The notes: a model not told the origin generated them from the letters alone. DNA of 64,000 nt from Escherichia coli (GCF_044324875.1 NZ_CP172185.1); one strand, 5' to 3'. Counted from the stretch's first letter, positions 1 through 11,396 are shown. Program-made: numbers and translations.

Positions 1-673
1 TGGCAACATCAACTACGTGTGCTGTTACGCCCGGAGGTGCAACCTGGGTGAGCAGTGTCTTACGAACGGTATCCGCAGCCACTTCATCACTAACAACAAT
101 AATACGGGAGACATTGGTTTCTTTGGTCCAGCGGGTGGCGACCTGACCGTGAATCAGACGGTCGTCGATACGCGCAAGGCCAATAACCATGTAGTCGTTT
201 GGTCCCATTGGTTTTGCCGGAGTTGGAGCCGCTTTTGGTGCTGCGGCAGCGGGTGCTGGCGCGGCTTTTTCAACCGGTTTGGCTTTCAGTGCTTTCACGC
301 CTTCACGGCCTGTTTCTACTGCCAGCGCCACCAGTTCATCAAAGCTTGGGTCATCATCACGGGCCATTAACGTTTCCACGAGCATTGGAATGTTAACGCC
401 TGCAATGACTTCATAATGCTCTTTGTCGACGACAATGCGGCTGGCAGCATTGAACGGGCTGCCTCCCCATGTATCAACGAGAAACAGCACGCCTTTAGTG
501 GTGTCGAGTTTTGCCAACTGAGCGTTGTACTTTTCAATCAGCGTTTCGGCATTTTCACCTGGAACGAAATCGATCCAGCCGACGTTTTCCTGCTCGCCTA
601 ACAGCATTTCTGCGGTTTTAAGCAACTGCTCTGCAGCCCAACCATGTGTGCCTATAACAATAGCAATGGTCAC
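1..673 (-). CDS. manX: PTS mannose transporter subunit EIIAB (ManX), N-terminal part; GTG start at 673-671, gene runs past the window start
   Basis: Reverse-strand translation from 673 reads MTIAIVIGTHGWAAEQLLKTAEMLLGEQENVGWIDFVPGENAETL..., recognised as ManX; RBS-like GGAGG upstream on the minus strand; no stop within the window. Confidence 0.9.
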   Translation of the reverse strand, partial: MTIAIVIGTHGWAAEQLLKTAEMLLGEQENVGWIDFVPGENAETLIEKYNAQLAKLDTTKGVLFLVDTWGGSPFNAASRIVVDKEHYEVIAGVNIPMLVETLMARDDDPSFDELVALAVETGREGVKALKAKPVEKAAPAPAAAAPKAAPTPAKPMGPNDYMVIGLARIDDRLIHGQVATRWTKETNVSRIIVVSDEVAADTVRKTLLTQVAPPGVTAHVVDVA

Positions 674-900
674 TTGCTACCTCCTTTATTATCGTTAACA
701 CCTCAACGTGCCAGATGTATTTTTGAATCGTCGTCCACAATCGAATCGATTCAGATAAGGGCTACAACCAAAAACCCCTGCGTTTCGCGATTTATTTTAG
801 ATATCGAAAAAATTATTTTATGTGATGAAGATCCGTAATTTAACTTTCGATTAGCAGAAATTTCGAAAGGTAAAATATCCTTGTCACATTCGTTTGCAAA
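674..900 (-). promoter_or_regulatory. manX promoter and leader region; AT-rich palindromic element with central CG (ttagatatcgaaaaaatt) resembling a NagC/Mlc-type operator
   Basis: Lies directly upstream of the manX start on the minus strand; AT-rich block at about 790-825 seen in sequence; manX is known to be Mlc- and CRP-controlled. Exact sites not verified. Confidence 0.4.
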
Positions 901-1135
901 GGAAGGTAAATCTTTGCCAAATCAGAGGCGTCTCTGATATGTTTAACTCCCGTTTAACAACCATGGAGTATAGGGCAGTAGCCCGCAGTATGGATCGTCA
1001 CCGACGTCATTTCAGCATCAGGCCTTTTAACGCCTGCCTTTCTGGCACTCTATGCCGCACCTTTCGTTTGCATTTTGTCGTTACGCCTGCATTATTTCTG
1101 GCGTCGAATAGCTATTCCTTAAGCAGGAGCTTGTC

Positions 1136-2692
1136 ATGGAATTCTTAATGGACCCCTCAATTTGGGCGGGGCTACTCACGCTTGTTGTTCTCGAAATTGT
1201 GCTGGGTATCGATAACCTGGTCTTCATCGCCATTCTTGCTGACAAACTGCCGCCAAAACAACGCGATAAAGCGCGTTTGCTGGGATTATCACTGGCGCTG
1301 ATTATGCGTCTGGGGCTGCTGTCGCTGATTTCATGGATGGTCACGCTGACCAAACCGCTATTTACCGTCATGGATTTCTCCTTCTCCGGACGCGACCTGA
1401 TTATGTTGTTCGGGGGGATATTCTTGCTGTTCAAAGCAACAACCGAACTGCATGAACGGCTGGAAAACCGCGATCATGATTCCGGCCACGGTAAAGGCTA
1501 CGCCAGTTTCTGGGTGGTCGTCACACAGATTGTCATCCTTGACGCCGTCTTCTCATTGGATGCGGTAATTACGGCAGTAGGGATGGTTAACCATCTGCCA
1601 GTGATGATGGCGGCGGTAGTGATTGCGATGGCGGTTATGCTGCTGGCATCGAAACCGCTGACGCGATTTGTTAACCAGCATCCCACGGTGGTGGTGCTCT
1701 GTCTGAGCTTCCTGTTAATGATAGGTCTGAGTCTGGTGGCAGAAGGTTTCGGTTTCCACATTCCGAAAGGTTACCTGTATGCCGCGATTGGCTTCTCGAT
1801 CATCATCGAAGTGTTTAACCAGATTGCGCGTCGCAACTTTATTCGTCACCAGTCGACTTTGCCGCTGCGAGCGCGTACTGCCGATGCCATCCTGCGTTTG
1901 ATGGGCGGGAAACGTCAGGCCAATGTTCAGCACGATGCCGATAACCCGATGCCGATGCCGATCCCGGAAGGTGCGTTTGCCGAAGAAGAACGTTACATGA
2001 TTAACGGCGTACTCACGCTGGCGTCGCGTTCTCTGCGCGGGATCATGACGCCGCGCGGTGAAATAAGCTGGGTTGACGCTAATCTCGGGGTCGATGAAAT
2101 CCGCGAGCAGCTGCTCTCCTCACCGCACAGCCTGTTCCCGGTATGTCGCGGTGAACTGGATGAAATCATCGGAATCGTACGTGCTAAAGAACTGCTGGTG
2201 GCGCTGGAAGAGGGCGTTGATGTGGCGGCGATTGCTTCGGCGTCTCCGGCGATTATCGTCCCTGAAACCCTCGATCCGATCAACCTGCTGGGCGTGCTGC
2301 GTCGTGCTCGCGGGAGCTTTGTTATCGTGACCAACGAGTTTGGTGTGGTACAAGGCTTGGTCACGCCGCTGGATGTGCTGGAAGCCATTGCGGGTGAATT
2401 CCCGGACGCTGACGAAACGCCGGAAATCATTACTGATGGTGACGGCTGGCTGGTAAAAGGCGGTACAGATTTGCATGCCTTGCAGCAGGCGCTTGATGTT
2501 GAGCACCTTGCCGATGACGATGATATCGCGACGGTCGCGGGCCTCGTGATCTCGGCAAATGGTCACATTCCCCGTGTGGGCGATGTGATTGATGTAGGGC
2601 CACTGCATATCACCATCATTGAAGCCAATGATTATCGTGTTGATCTGGTTCGCATTGTTAAAGAGCAACCGGTGCACGATGAAGATGAGTAA
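1136..2692 (+). CDS. yoaE: TerC-family membrane protein with C-terminal CBS/CorC domains (YoaE)
   Basis: 518-aa [35 protein letters not shown]..., hydrophobic N-terminal half and soluble C-terminal half; divergent from manX as in K-12. Confidence 0.92.
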
Positions 2693-2695
2693 GCG

Positions 2696-4294
2696 TTAAC
2701 GTAACGGCATAATGGGTGTGATATGTCCATTATGCCGGGCGGGCGGCGGTTGGCTGCCCGCCAGCCATTTGGGAAAATCACATAGTGGCATCGGCTGTGC
2801 GTACAAATACCCTTGCAAAATATGGACGCCATGACGGCGCAAATATTTCGCCTGTTCTTGCGTTTCCACACCCTCCGCCACCAGTTCAATATTCAGTCTT
2901 TGCCCCAGTGCGATGATGATATCGGTCACCGTCGAGTTAACCGCGTCAGAACCTATAGCTGCGGTAAATGACTTATCAATTTTCAGCACGTCAGGACGTA
3001 ATGTTTCAAGCCAGGAAAACGAGCTGTTGCCGGTGCCGAAGTCATCAATCGCCAGTTTGACGTTTTTACGATGCAGCTCGCGGGCAATCCGATAATCAAC
3101 ATCCAGTAAGGCATCGCGTTCGGTGATTTCGAGGATCAGTTGCTGAATCGGGTGAGCGCTAAACCAGTACTGATTGAGATCTTTTATCAGCACACCACGG
3201 CGAAAATGGCTGGGTGCGACGTTAATGCCAACATGAAACTGACTACTCATTGGGAAAACATGCCGCTGACGGATGGTTTCTGCCATCACATAGCGGGTCA
3301 GTGGCACAATTAAATGATGTTCTTCCGCGATAGGAATAAACACATCCGGTGAAATCCAGCCCTGACGTGGATTGTTCCAGCGCAGCAAAATCTCTACACC
3401 AATACATTGCTGGCTGCGCGCATTAAGCAAAGGCTGGCAGAACAATTCGAACTCATGTTGCGCCAGGCCCAGATTGATCTCGCGGGAAAAGCTCATTCGG
3501 TAAGCGGTCGCCAGCCAGGCGATGTAGCCCACCAGTAAACTTAGCAGTACCGCCAGCGGTAATTGTGTTGGAAGATAGTGCCATGCCAGCGCCGTAGCCC
3601 CCGGGCCATTAACGTTAATGGTAAAAGGAAAGCGTTGCGAAGAAACCTGATAGTTTTCATTGTTTTCAGGTTGCGGAAGGGAATCTACCAGCCCATTACC
3701 ATAGAGCAAATGCCGACTGTCCACCGTCAGGCTGGCGCTACTGATTTGCGGCAGTTGTGGCTCAAGCAGCATTGCCGTCAGTAAGTCGATGTTAATCATC
3801 TCCATGACCCCAGCATTGCTACTGCTCGCTGCAGGCGTCCATTGAATCAAAACCGGACTGCCTTTAATCAGGACACGGTCGATCGTCAGGCGTAAAAGTG
3901 GTTGCGGTGCAGGAAGTTCAGCCAGAATGTCCACGACGGGCACATTGCGATAACCAAAAATGCTGGAGCAATAAAGTGTGCCGTCTTGCACCAGGCCAAT
4001 GGATCGCACAGTTTGGAGTTTTGCCGCCTGTTTACGTAATGGCAAATGGGCGACAGAGCAGGGCAGACCAATCAGCGGAAGCAAGACTTCGCTACCTGCC
4101 TGTAGGGGAAGCAGTACTTTATCTAATTCCTCTACAGCGTGATTAGCGAATTGTACTACCCGTTGTTGATTTAAGTTACGCTGTGAAATAAATCGCACGC
4201 TCAGGGTCGAAGCGAGCGTAACGAGTGCGCAAATCGTACAAACAATCATTCGATTACGGCGATAGGTTTTAATGATCCGTTGTGCTTTTTGCAT
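2696..4294 (-). CDS. pdeD: c-di-GMP phosphodiesterase PdeD (YoaD), CSS-motif periplasmic domain plus EAL domain
   Basis: ORF 2696-4324; start placed at the internal Met (MQKAQRIIK...) to give 532 aa; CSS motif (LYCSSIFGY) and EAL-domain region visible in translation. Confidence 0.88.
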   Translation of the reverse strand: MQKAQRIIKTYRRNRMIVCTICALVTLASTLSVRFISQRNLNQQRVVQFANHAVEELDKVLLPLQAGSEVLLPLIGLPCSVAHLPLRKQAAKLQTVRSIGLVQDGTLYCSSIFGYRNVPVVDILAELPAPQPLLRLTIDRVLIKGSPVLIQWTPAASSSNAGVMEMINIDLLTAMLLEPQLPQISSASLTVDSRHLLYGNGLVDSLPQPENNENYQVSSQRFPFTINVNGPGATALAWHYLPTQLPLAVLLSLLVGYIAWLATAYRMSFSREINLGLAQHEFELFCQPLLNARSQQCIGVEILLRWNNPRQGWISPDVFIPIAEEHHLIVPLTRYVMAETIRQRHVFPMSSQFHVGINVAPSHFRRGVLIKDLNQYWFSAHPIQQLILEITERDALLDVDYRIARELHRKNVKLAIDDFGTGNSSFSWLETLRPDVLKIDKSFTAAIGSDAVNSTVTDIIIALGQRLNIELVAEGVETQEQAKYLRRHGVHILQGYLYAQPMPLCDFPKWLAGSQPPPARHNGHITPIMPLR

Positions 4295-4424
4295 GCGGGC
4301 CACCCTGTAAGCGTATGGCGACAAACGCCTGACGCAACAGTGGAAGTGTAGTGGGGAAAATTACAGCAGACGAGAAAGCGGGGATAAATTCGCCCATCCG
4401 TTGCAGATGGGCGAGTAAGAAGTA

Positions 4425-5789
4425 TTAGTCACACTGGACTTTGATTGCCAGACCACCGCGTGAGGTTTCGCGGTATTTGGCGTTCATGTCCTTACCGGTT
4501 TCGTACATCGTTTCGATGACCTTATCCAGCGAGACGCGCGGTGCACTGGTGCGGCGCAGAGCCATCCGTGCGGCGTTAATCGCCTTCACAGAGGCAATGG
4601 CATTACGCTCAATGCACGGCACCTGAACCTGCCCTGCAACCGGGTCGCAGGTTAAACCAAGGTTGTGTTCCATGCCAATTTCCGCCGCCACGCAAACCTG
4701 TTCCGGGCTACCGCCCAGCAGTTCTGCAAGACCCGCAGCAGCCATTGAACAGGCAACACCCACTTCGCCCTGGCAACCAACTTCCGCACCGGAAATAGAG
4801 GCGTTCATTTTATACAATGCACCAATCGCGCCCGCTGCCATAACGTAACGGGTATAGATGTCCGGGCTGACCGATTCAATAAAGTGGTCATAGTAAGCCA
4901 GCACTGCCGGAACGATACCGCAGGCACCGTTGGTTGGCGCAGTTACCACACGACCACCGGCGGCGTTTTCTTCGTTAACTGCCAGCGCAAACATGTTTAC
5001 CCAGTCAATGACATTCATCGGATCGTTAGACAGTTTATCGCTGGAAACCAGCATCCGGCGCAGGGCAGACGCACGACGTGGCACGCGCAGCGGGCCTGGC
5101 AGTACACCTTCGGTGTTCATCCCGCGATCGATACATGCCTGCATGGTTTGCCAGACATGAGCGAAATACTCGTCGATCTCTTTCTTGCTGTGCAGCGCCA
5201 GTTCGTTCTGCATGGCGAGACCAGACAGCGAATAGCCGGTTTCATTACAGTACGCGAGCAGTTCGGTGGCAGATTTGAACGGATACGGCACGCTCACTTC
5301 GTTGGCGGCATCCTGACCAAAGTGTTCTTCATCGACGATAAAACCGCCGCCGATGGAATAATAAGTTTTGCTGTAGACGACTTCATCGCCATTATAGGCG
5401 TGGATTTGCATACCGTTTTCATGCAGCGGCAGGTTGCCGTTATGAAAACGCATCCCGTTGTCGCGCGGGAAATCCACTTCATGCCGTCCCTGTGCCAGCA
5501 GCAGACGTTCGCGCTCTTCTACGTCGCGAATAAAACCGGGAATACTGTCGATATCCACGGTGGCAGGTTCGTTACCTGCAAGACCCATAATAATGGCGAT
5601 ATCGGTGTGGTGGCCTTTACCCGTCAGCGACAGTGAACCATAAACGTCCACGGCAACGCGAGTAACGCTATCCAGTAAGCCTTTTTCGACCAGATCATCG
5701 ACGAACTGTTTACCCGCCTTCATAGGCCCTACGGTATGGGAAGATGAGGGACCAATCCCCACCTTAAACATGTCGAATAGACTAATCAC
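4425..5789 (-). CDS. sdaA: L-serine dehydratase 1 (iron-sulfur dependent)
   Basis: 454-aa [32 protein letters not shown]..., recognised as SdaA. Confidence 0.95.
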   Translation of the reverse strand: MISLFDMFKVGIGPSSSHTVGPMKAGKQFVDDLVEKGLLDSVTRVAVDVYGSLSLTGKGHHTDIAIIMGLAGNEPATVDIDSIPGFIRDVEERERLLLAQGRHEVDFPRDNGMRFHNGNLPLHENGMQIHAYNGDEVVYSKTYYSIGGGFIVDEEHFGQDAANEVSVPYPFKSATELLAYCNETGYSLSGLAMQNELALHSKKEIDEYFAHVWQTMQACIDRGMNTEGVLPGPLRVPRRASALRRMLVSSDKLSNDPMNVIDWVNMFALAVNEENAAGGRVVTAPTNGACGIVPAVLAYYDHFIESVSPDIYTRYVMAAGAIGALYKMNASISGAEVGCQGEVGVACSMAAAGLAELLGGSPEQVCVAAEIGMEHNLGLTCDPVAGQVQVPCIERNAIASVKAINAARMALRRTSAPRVSLDKVIETMYETGKDMNAKYRETSRGGLAIKVQCD

Positions 5790-5972
5790 GATAATACTCC
5801 TGACAAGGTGACTGGACTTCCAGTAACGAACTAATAACAGCGCATAGTGTAAGAGGGAACGCGGCGACTGGCTTAACTATTCACATGAATTAAACTAATC
5901 AAAAACCGCGATTTAACTAATATTGCGATGATTGTCTCAAGTAGTGTTTTGTAGATGTAAAGATAAGTATAG

Positions 5973-6551
5973 TCAGGGTTTCACACCAATTTGCAGCGCC
6001 AGCTCACGAATTATGCCTGCGGTCATTCCCCATACAAAATACTGTTCGTACCAGGACAGCCATACCCGATGTGAATCGCCACGGCGGTAGATATCTAAAG
6101 GGTGATAACGACCCAGATGTAATGCCTGGGCGAGCGGCATTTCAAACACCGCCGAGACTTCATCTTCACTGGCGCGATACGGCAGATCGGGCGGGATAAT
6201 GCCGACCACTGGGGTTACCTGGTAGCCAGTTACGCTATCGACGGGCGGCAGCACGCCGATAACTTCAACGGCGGAAGGCGGTATAGCGACCTCTTCTTCA
6301 GCTTCGCGCAGCGCGGCGGCGATAACTGATGCATCCGTGTCATCGACTGCGCCTCCAGGGAATGCCACTTGTCCAGCGTGTTTACGCAGATGAATTGAAC
6401 GCTGAGTCAGCAACAACCCCGGTTGCGGTCGACGGACGATGGGGATTAACACGGCAGCCTGACGATGATTTAGGGTTTCCCGGTTAATTTGCGGGCGCAA
6501 AAGTTGAAAGCGCGATAAAAAATCATCAAGCGTCAGGCTACGGTATTCCAC
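5973..6551 (-). CDS. nudL: CoA pyrophosphatase, Nudix hydrolase NudL (YeaB)
   Basis: 192-aa ORF with Nudix box region ([22 protein letters not shown]); position between sdaA and pabB. Confidence 0.88.
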
Positions 6552-6554
6552 GTA

Positions 6555-7916
6555 TTACTTCTCCAGTTGGCGTAATATCTTATTAACTTTATCAAAAGTT
6601 TCCTGATATTCCGCTTCTTCCTGGCTATCGGCGACAATTCCACCGCCCGCAGAGCAGTATATTTGTCCGTTAATGGCAGTCAGAGTGCGGATAGTAATGC
6701 TGGTATCCATGTTGCCGCAAAAGCTCAAATAGCCAATGCTGCCGCACCAGGCATTGCGTCGCTGCGGTTCCAGTTCGTCGATAATTTCCATAGCCCGTAC
6801 TTTCGGAGCCCCGGTTATTGAGCCACCAGGAAAAGCTGCGCGCAGCAGATCGCTGGTGTGTAACTGTTCTGGTAGCCGCGCCGTTATGGTGCTGACCAGA
6901 TGATGCACGGCAGGGAAAGGTTCGACCACGAACAGCTCTGGTACTTTTACCGAACCGGCTACGGCAACGCGACCGATATCATTACGCATTAAATCGACAA
7001 TCATCAGATTTTCAGCGCGATCTTTGGGGGAGTTCGCCAGTTTCTCTGCTTGTTTGCTATCTTCCTGAGGATCGGGCAGGCGTGGTAGCGTGCCTTTAAT
7101 CGGGCGGGTCTGGATTTCACTATTATCACAAAGGATAAACCGCTCTGGCGAAAGGCTTAAAATCGCGCCCTGTTCAAGGCGTAAAAAAGCGCTAAACGGC
7201 GCGCGGTTGGCCTGATTAAGCTGAAGGAATGCCTGCCATTCATCGCCAGAATAGGCCGCTTGAAAACGCTGGGCGAGATTCACCTGATAGCAATCACCAC
7301 TGTGCAGATATTCCTGTACCTGGCGAAATTTTTCGCCGTACTGCTCGCGGGTCATATTGGATTGCCAGTCGGAAGTGAGCGCGAAATCTTCCTGAGGGGA
7401 GAATTGCTGGCTTTCCAGCCAGGCCAGACGGGTATTGACATCATTATGACTCAGCAAAGAAACTGTTTGACGCTGGTGGTCAACAACCAGCGCCCAGTCG
7501 TAGATACCCACTGCCATATCAGGCAGAACGATATCTTGCTGCGCAATTTCTGGCAGTGACTCAAAACGGCGGCCCAGATCGTAGCCAAACAACCCCAGTG
7601 CGCCGCCCTGAAATGGCAAATCTTCGTTATGCGTTGGGCGAATGTCTGCGCGATCCAGCACCTGCTGGAGCACCTGTAGCGGGTCATCAGTGGTCGTTGT
7701 GCGTTTTTCGCTTTCACTAACAACGGTTTCTTTACCGAAAGTGGTTAAAGTGCAAATCGGCTCGGCGACCACAATATCAAAGCGGCTATATGGATGATCG
7801 GCATAGCCGGAGTGTAAAAGCATCGCCCACGGCAGGTGGCTTAAGCGGGAGAAATAAAATTCAGCGGCGTCCTGACGCCAGGGTAAAGTAATCACAGCGG
7901 GAGATAACGTCTTCAT
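6555..7916 (-). CDS. pabB: Aminodeoxychorismate synthase component I
   Basis: 453-aa ORF with chorismate-binding enzyme motifs (SPERF, GSITGAPK). Confidence 0.93.
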   Translation of the reverse strand: MKTLSPAVITLPWRQDAAEFYFSRLSHLPWAMLLHSGYADHPYSRFDIVVAEPICTLTTFGKETVVSESEKRTTTTDDPLQVLQQVLDRADIRPTHNEDLPFQGGALGLFGYDLGRRFESLPEIAQQDIVLPDMAVGIYDWALVVDHQRQTVSLLSHNDVNTRLAWLESQQFSPQEDFALTSDWQSNMTREQYGEKFRQVQEYLHSGDCYQVNLAQRFQAAYSGDEWQAFLQLNQANRAPFSAFLRLEQGAILSLSPERFILCDNSEIQTRPIKGTLPRLPDPQEDSKQAEKLANSPKDRAENLMIVDLMRNDIGRVAVAGSVKVPELFVVEPFPAVHHLVSTITARLPEQLHTSDLLRAAFPGGSITGAPKVRAMEIIDELEPQRRNAWCGSIGYLSFCGNMDTSITIRTLTAINGQIYCSAGGGIVADSQEEAEYQETFDKVNKILRQLEK

Positions 7917-7989
7917 CAGTCCTGACTCTACTGGCTATGTGCCGGGTAGCATGAAATAATTAGCGCCAACAATTTAGCAGGAGTTAACA

Positions 7990-8169
7990 ATGTTTGCAGG
8001 TTTACCTTCACTCACCCATGAACAGCAGCAAAAAGCCGTCGAGCGGATCCAGGAACTGATGGCACAAGGGATGAGCAGCGGCCAGGCAATCGCGTTGGTG
8101 GCAGAAGAGCTGCGTGCCAACCATTCCGGCGAGCGAATCGTGGCGCGTTTTGAGGATGAAGACGAGTAA
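7990..8169 (+). CDS. yoaH: UPF0181 small protein YoaH (59 aa)
   Basis: ATG at 7990 preceded by AGGAG; translation [59 protein letters not shown]; below the 60-aa cutoff of the ORF track. Confidence 0.8.
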
Positions 8170-8288
8170 CACACTAACCCGTATCGCTTTCGTTATACAA
8201 GCCGATGGTTATTTGATTGTGAGAAAAAGGACGCTTTTCATATGTGATTAAAAGCGTCCTGACCCATTTATGCTGATGTAAATTTTAC

Positions 8289-8588
8289 TCAGACCAGTGC
8301 TTTTAGTTCTTCCTGCATATATGTTGAAAAGTATTCAGGATTTTTAATCACAGAGCGTTCACCAGACTCCATTTTTTTTGCCCATCCAACCATTTTTTCC
8401 GTGAATCCAGGGTTCCAGCCTTCCTGGTCAGCTCGCGCCGTAATATCAGCGGCACTCGCGGGTACTCCCAGTTCTTTTAAATATTTAAAGATTCCCTTCG
8501 CCGTGCTTTCATTCATCGAACTTGGTGTTGGCGCTGATACATCCATGGCACCAATGAAATCCAGGGCTTTATCTATTACAGCAGGCAT
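8289..8588 (-). CDS. yoaC: DUF1889 family protein YoaC
   Basis: ORF 8289-8648; start placed at internal Met (MPAVIDKALDF...) to give 99 aa as recalled for K-12; the upstream Met at 8648 is an alternative. Confidence 0.75.
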   Translation of the reverse strand: MPAVIDKALDFIGAMDVSAPTPSSMNESTAKGIFKYLKELGVPASAADITARADQEGWNPGFTEKMVGWAKKMESGERSVIKNPEYFSTYMQEELKALV

Positions 8589-9009
8589 ATTCTTATCCTT
8601 AAATTTAACCATGTTATCGATAAGGCTATATATGACCTTAATTTGCATCTAATATCAAAGGGATTATAACGATATGGCACGAGTTAACCTGTTGACATTC
8701 AGGTGTTTTAAAGGTAGCAGCTCATGGTGTGTTATCCAGTAAGAGGGAGAAAATTAACGGTCAGTCCGCACGCTATAACCAGATTGTTCAGCTAAGAAAG
8801 AAAACCAGAGTTGCTAATCAAAGGGCGAACACAACGGCATGGTTATGTTTATTTATATAGCTAGTTTTATAGATGAAATTGAAATTATAAAAATAAATAA
8901 TGAATTAGCAGGAGCATCAACAGTAATAACTTAATCTCTGGTCGATTTATGTAAAACCGACCAGTATTATCGATAAATTATCGTCTGACTTATTTTGCTT
9001 CGATAAAGC

Positions 9010-9354
9010 TTACACCGCAGCCACAATCTTAATTTCAACTTTATACTTCGGGTTCATCAAACCCGCTTGTACCGTGCAGCGCACCGGCGCATGACCCGCG
9101 ACAACCCAGGCATCCCACGCTTTATTCATCGCCGCGAAGTCGTTTTTATCGGCCAGGAAAATGGTGGCATCCAGAATGCTCGATTTATTGCTGCCCTGTT
9201 TTTCCAGCACGGCGTCAATCTGCGCCAGCGTGTTGGCAGTTTGCTCGAAAGCATCGGCGTCGAGGTTTTCCGGTACACCAGTGTAGTAGAGCGTGTTGTT
9301 GTGGATCACCACATCAGACCAGCGGGCTTCAGCATCGATACGAACGATAGTCAT
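9010..9354 (-). CDS. yoaB: RidA/YjgF-family protein YoaB
   Basis: ORF 9010-9402; start placed at MTIVRIDAEARW... to give 114 aa. Confidence 0.85.
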   Translation of the reverse strand: MTIVRIDAEARWSDVVIHNNTLYYTGVPENLDADAFEQTANTLAQIDAVLEKQGSNKSSILDATIFLADKNDFAAMNKAWDAWVVAGHAPVRCTVQAGLMNPKYKVEIKIVAAV

Positions 9355-9485
9355 CATTTTGTCCTCATTATACTTCCATTTTCGTGCTGCAAAGACTGCC
9401 ACAATGTGAGGTCGCCGTCATCACTTCAACTGGCGAAAGCGCCCTCATCCTGACATAATCCCTGTTCAAATCAACAGGGGGTAGT

Positions 9486-11396
9486 GTGACGGACGATTTT
9501 GCACCAGACGGTCAGCTGGCGAAAGCGATACCAGGCTTTAAGCCGCGAGAACCACAGCGACAGATGGCGGTAGCCGTCACCCAGGCGATAGAAAAAGGCC
9601 AGCCGCTGGTGGTGGAAGCCGGAACCGGTACGGGCAAAACCTACGCTTACCTGGCCCCTGCGCTGCGGGCGAAAAAGAAAGTTATTATCTCGACCGGTTC
9701 AAAAGCGTTGCAGGATCAGCTCTACAGCCGCGATTTGCCAACAGTCTCAAAGGCATTGAAATATACGGGCAACGTGGCGCTGCTGAAAGGGCGCTCAAAC
9801 TACCTCTGCCTCGAGCGTCTCGAACAGCAGGCGCTGGCGGGGGGCGATCTGCCGGTACAAATCTTAAGCGATGTGATCCTGCTGCGCTCCTGGTCTAATC
9901 AAACAGTCGATGGTGATATCAGCACCTGCGTCAGCGTGGCGGAAGATTCACAGGCGTGGCCGCTGGTCACCAGCACCAACGACAACTGTCTTGGCAGCGA
10001 CTGCCCGATGTATAAAGATTGCTTTGTGGTCAAAGCACGCAAAAAAGCGATGGACGCCGATGTGGTGGTGGTAAACCATCATCTCTTTCTGGCGGATATG
10101 GTGGTGAAAGAGAGTGGATTTGGCGAACTGATCCCGGAAGCTGACGTGATGATCTTCGACGAAGCCCACCAACTGCCCGACATTGCCAGCCAGTATTTTG
10201 GTCAGTCACTCTCCAGTCGACAACTGCTCGACCTGGCAAAAGACATCACCATCGCCTATCGCACCGAATTAAAAGATACTCAGCAGTTACAAAAGTGCGC
10301 CGACCGCCTTGCCCAGAGCGCGCAGGATTTTCGTCTGCAACTCGGTGAGCCTGGTTATCGTGGCAACCTGCGCGAACTGTTAGCTAATCCGCAAATTCAA
10401 CGGGCGTTTTTACTGCTCGATGACACCCTGGAACTTTGTTATGACGTGGCGAAACTGTCGCTGGGGCGTTCCGCCTTGCTGGATGCGGCATTTGAGCGCG
10501 CCACGTTGTATCGTACGCGGCTGAAACGGCTAAAAGAGATCAATCAGCCGGGCTACAGCTACTGGTACGAATGCACTTCGCGCCATTTTACTCTGGCACT
10601 CACGCCGCTCAGCGTGGCGGATAAATTCAAAGAGTTAATGGCGCAAAAGCCAGGTAGCTGGATTTTTACCTCGGCAACGCTGTCGGTGAATGACGATCTG
10701 CATCATTTCACCTCGCGGCTTGGCATTGAACAGGCAGAGTCGTTGCTGTTACCCAGCCCGTTTGATTACAGCCGCCAGGCGTTACTCTGTGTGCCGCGCA
10801 ACCTGCCGCAAACCAATCAACCGGGCTCCGCAAGGCAACTGGCGGCAATGTTGCGACCGATCATCGAGGCTAACAACGGTCGTTGTTTTATGCTTTGTAC
10901 CTCGCACGCCATGATGCGCGATCTGGCCGAGCAGTTCCGCGCTACCATGACGCTTCCCGTTTTGTTGCAGGGAGAAACCAGCAAAGGGCAACTGTTGCAG
11001 CAATTTGTCAGCGCCGGTAACGCGCTTCTTGTGGCAACCAGTAGTTTCTGGGAGGGGGTGGACGTGCGTGGCGATACATTGTCATTGGTGATTATCGACA
11101 AGTTGCCGTTTACCTCACCGGATGATCCACTATTAAAAGCGCGCATGGAAGATTGCCGTTTGCGTGGTGGTGACCCGTTCGATGAAGTACAGCTGCCGGA
11201 TGCGGTGATTACTCTCAAGCAGGGAGTAGGGCGACTGATTCGCGACGCCGACGATCGCGGCGTGCTGGTGATTTGCGATAATCGGCTGGTGATGCGCCCT
11301 TACGGCGCGACGTTTCTCGCCAGTCTGCCGCCAGCGCCGCGCACCCGTGACATTGCCCGTGCGGTTCGTTTCCTTGCGATACCATCCTCCAGGTAA
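9486..11396 (+). CDS. yoaA: DinG-family ATP-dependent DNA helicase YoaA
   Basis: 636-aa ORF with GTG start; Walker A (AGTGTGKT), DEAH-like box (FDEAHQL) and Fe-S cysteine cluster visible. Confidence 0.9.
   Translation: MTDDFAPDGQLAKAIPGFKPREPQRQMAVAVTQAIEKGQPLVVEAGTGTGKTYAYLAPALRAKKKVIISTGSKALQDQLYSRDLPTVSKALKYTGNVALLKGRSNYLCLERLEQQALAGGDLPVQILSDVILLRSWSNQTVDGDISTCVSVAEDSQAWPLVTSTNDNCLGSDCPMYKDCFVVKARKKAMDADVVVVNHHLFLADMVVKESGFGELIPEADVMIFDEAHQLPDIASQYFGQSLSSRQLLDLAKDITIAYRTELKDTQQLQKCADRLAQSAQDFRLQLGEPGYRGNLRELLANPQIQRAFLLLDDTLELCYDVAKLSLGRSALLDAAFERATLYRTRLKRLKEINQPGYSYWYECTSRHFTLALTPLSVADKFKELMAQKPGSWIFTSATLSVNDDLHHFTSRLGIEQAESLLLPSPFDYSRQALLCVPRNLPQTNQPGSARQLAAMLRPIIEANNGRCFMLCTSHAMMRDLAEQFRATMTLPVLLQGETSKGQLLQQFVSAGNALLVATSSFWEGVDVRGDTLSLVIIDKLPFTSPDDPLLKARMEDCRLRGGDPFDEVQLPDAVITLKQGVGRLIRDADDRGVLVICDNRLVMRPYGATFLASLPPAPRTRDIARAVRFLAIPSSR

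Noticed and set aside
1993-2677. Two minus-strand ORFs (145 and 185 codons) within yoaE
   Set aside because: Antisense to the yoaE CBS-domain region; Ser/Arg-rich low-complexity translations typical of shadow frames.
4884-5636. 250-codon plus-strand ORF inside sdaA
   Set aside because: Antisense shadow ORF of sdaA; the sdaA product is unambiguous.
7974-8174. 66-codon minus-strand ORF ([12 protein letters not shown]...)
   Set aside because: The plus strand at the same locus encodes the recognisable 59-aa YoaH with a good RBS; the minus-strand frame is its shadow.
9067-9453. 128-codon plus-strand ORF overlapping yoaB
   Set aside because: Antisense to the RidA-family gene yoaB; no homology signal.
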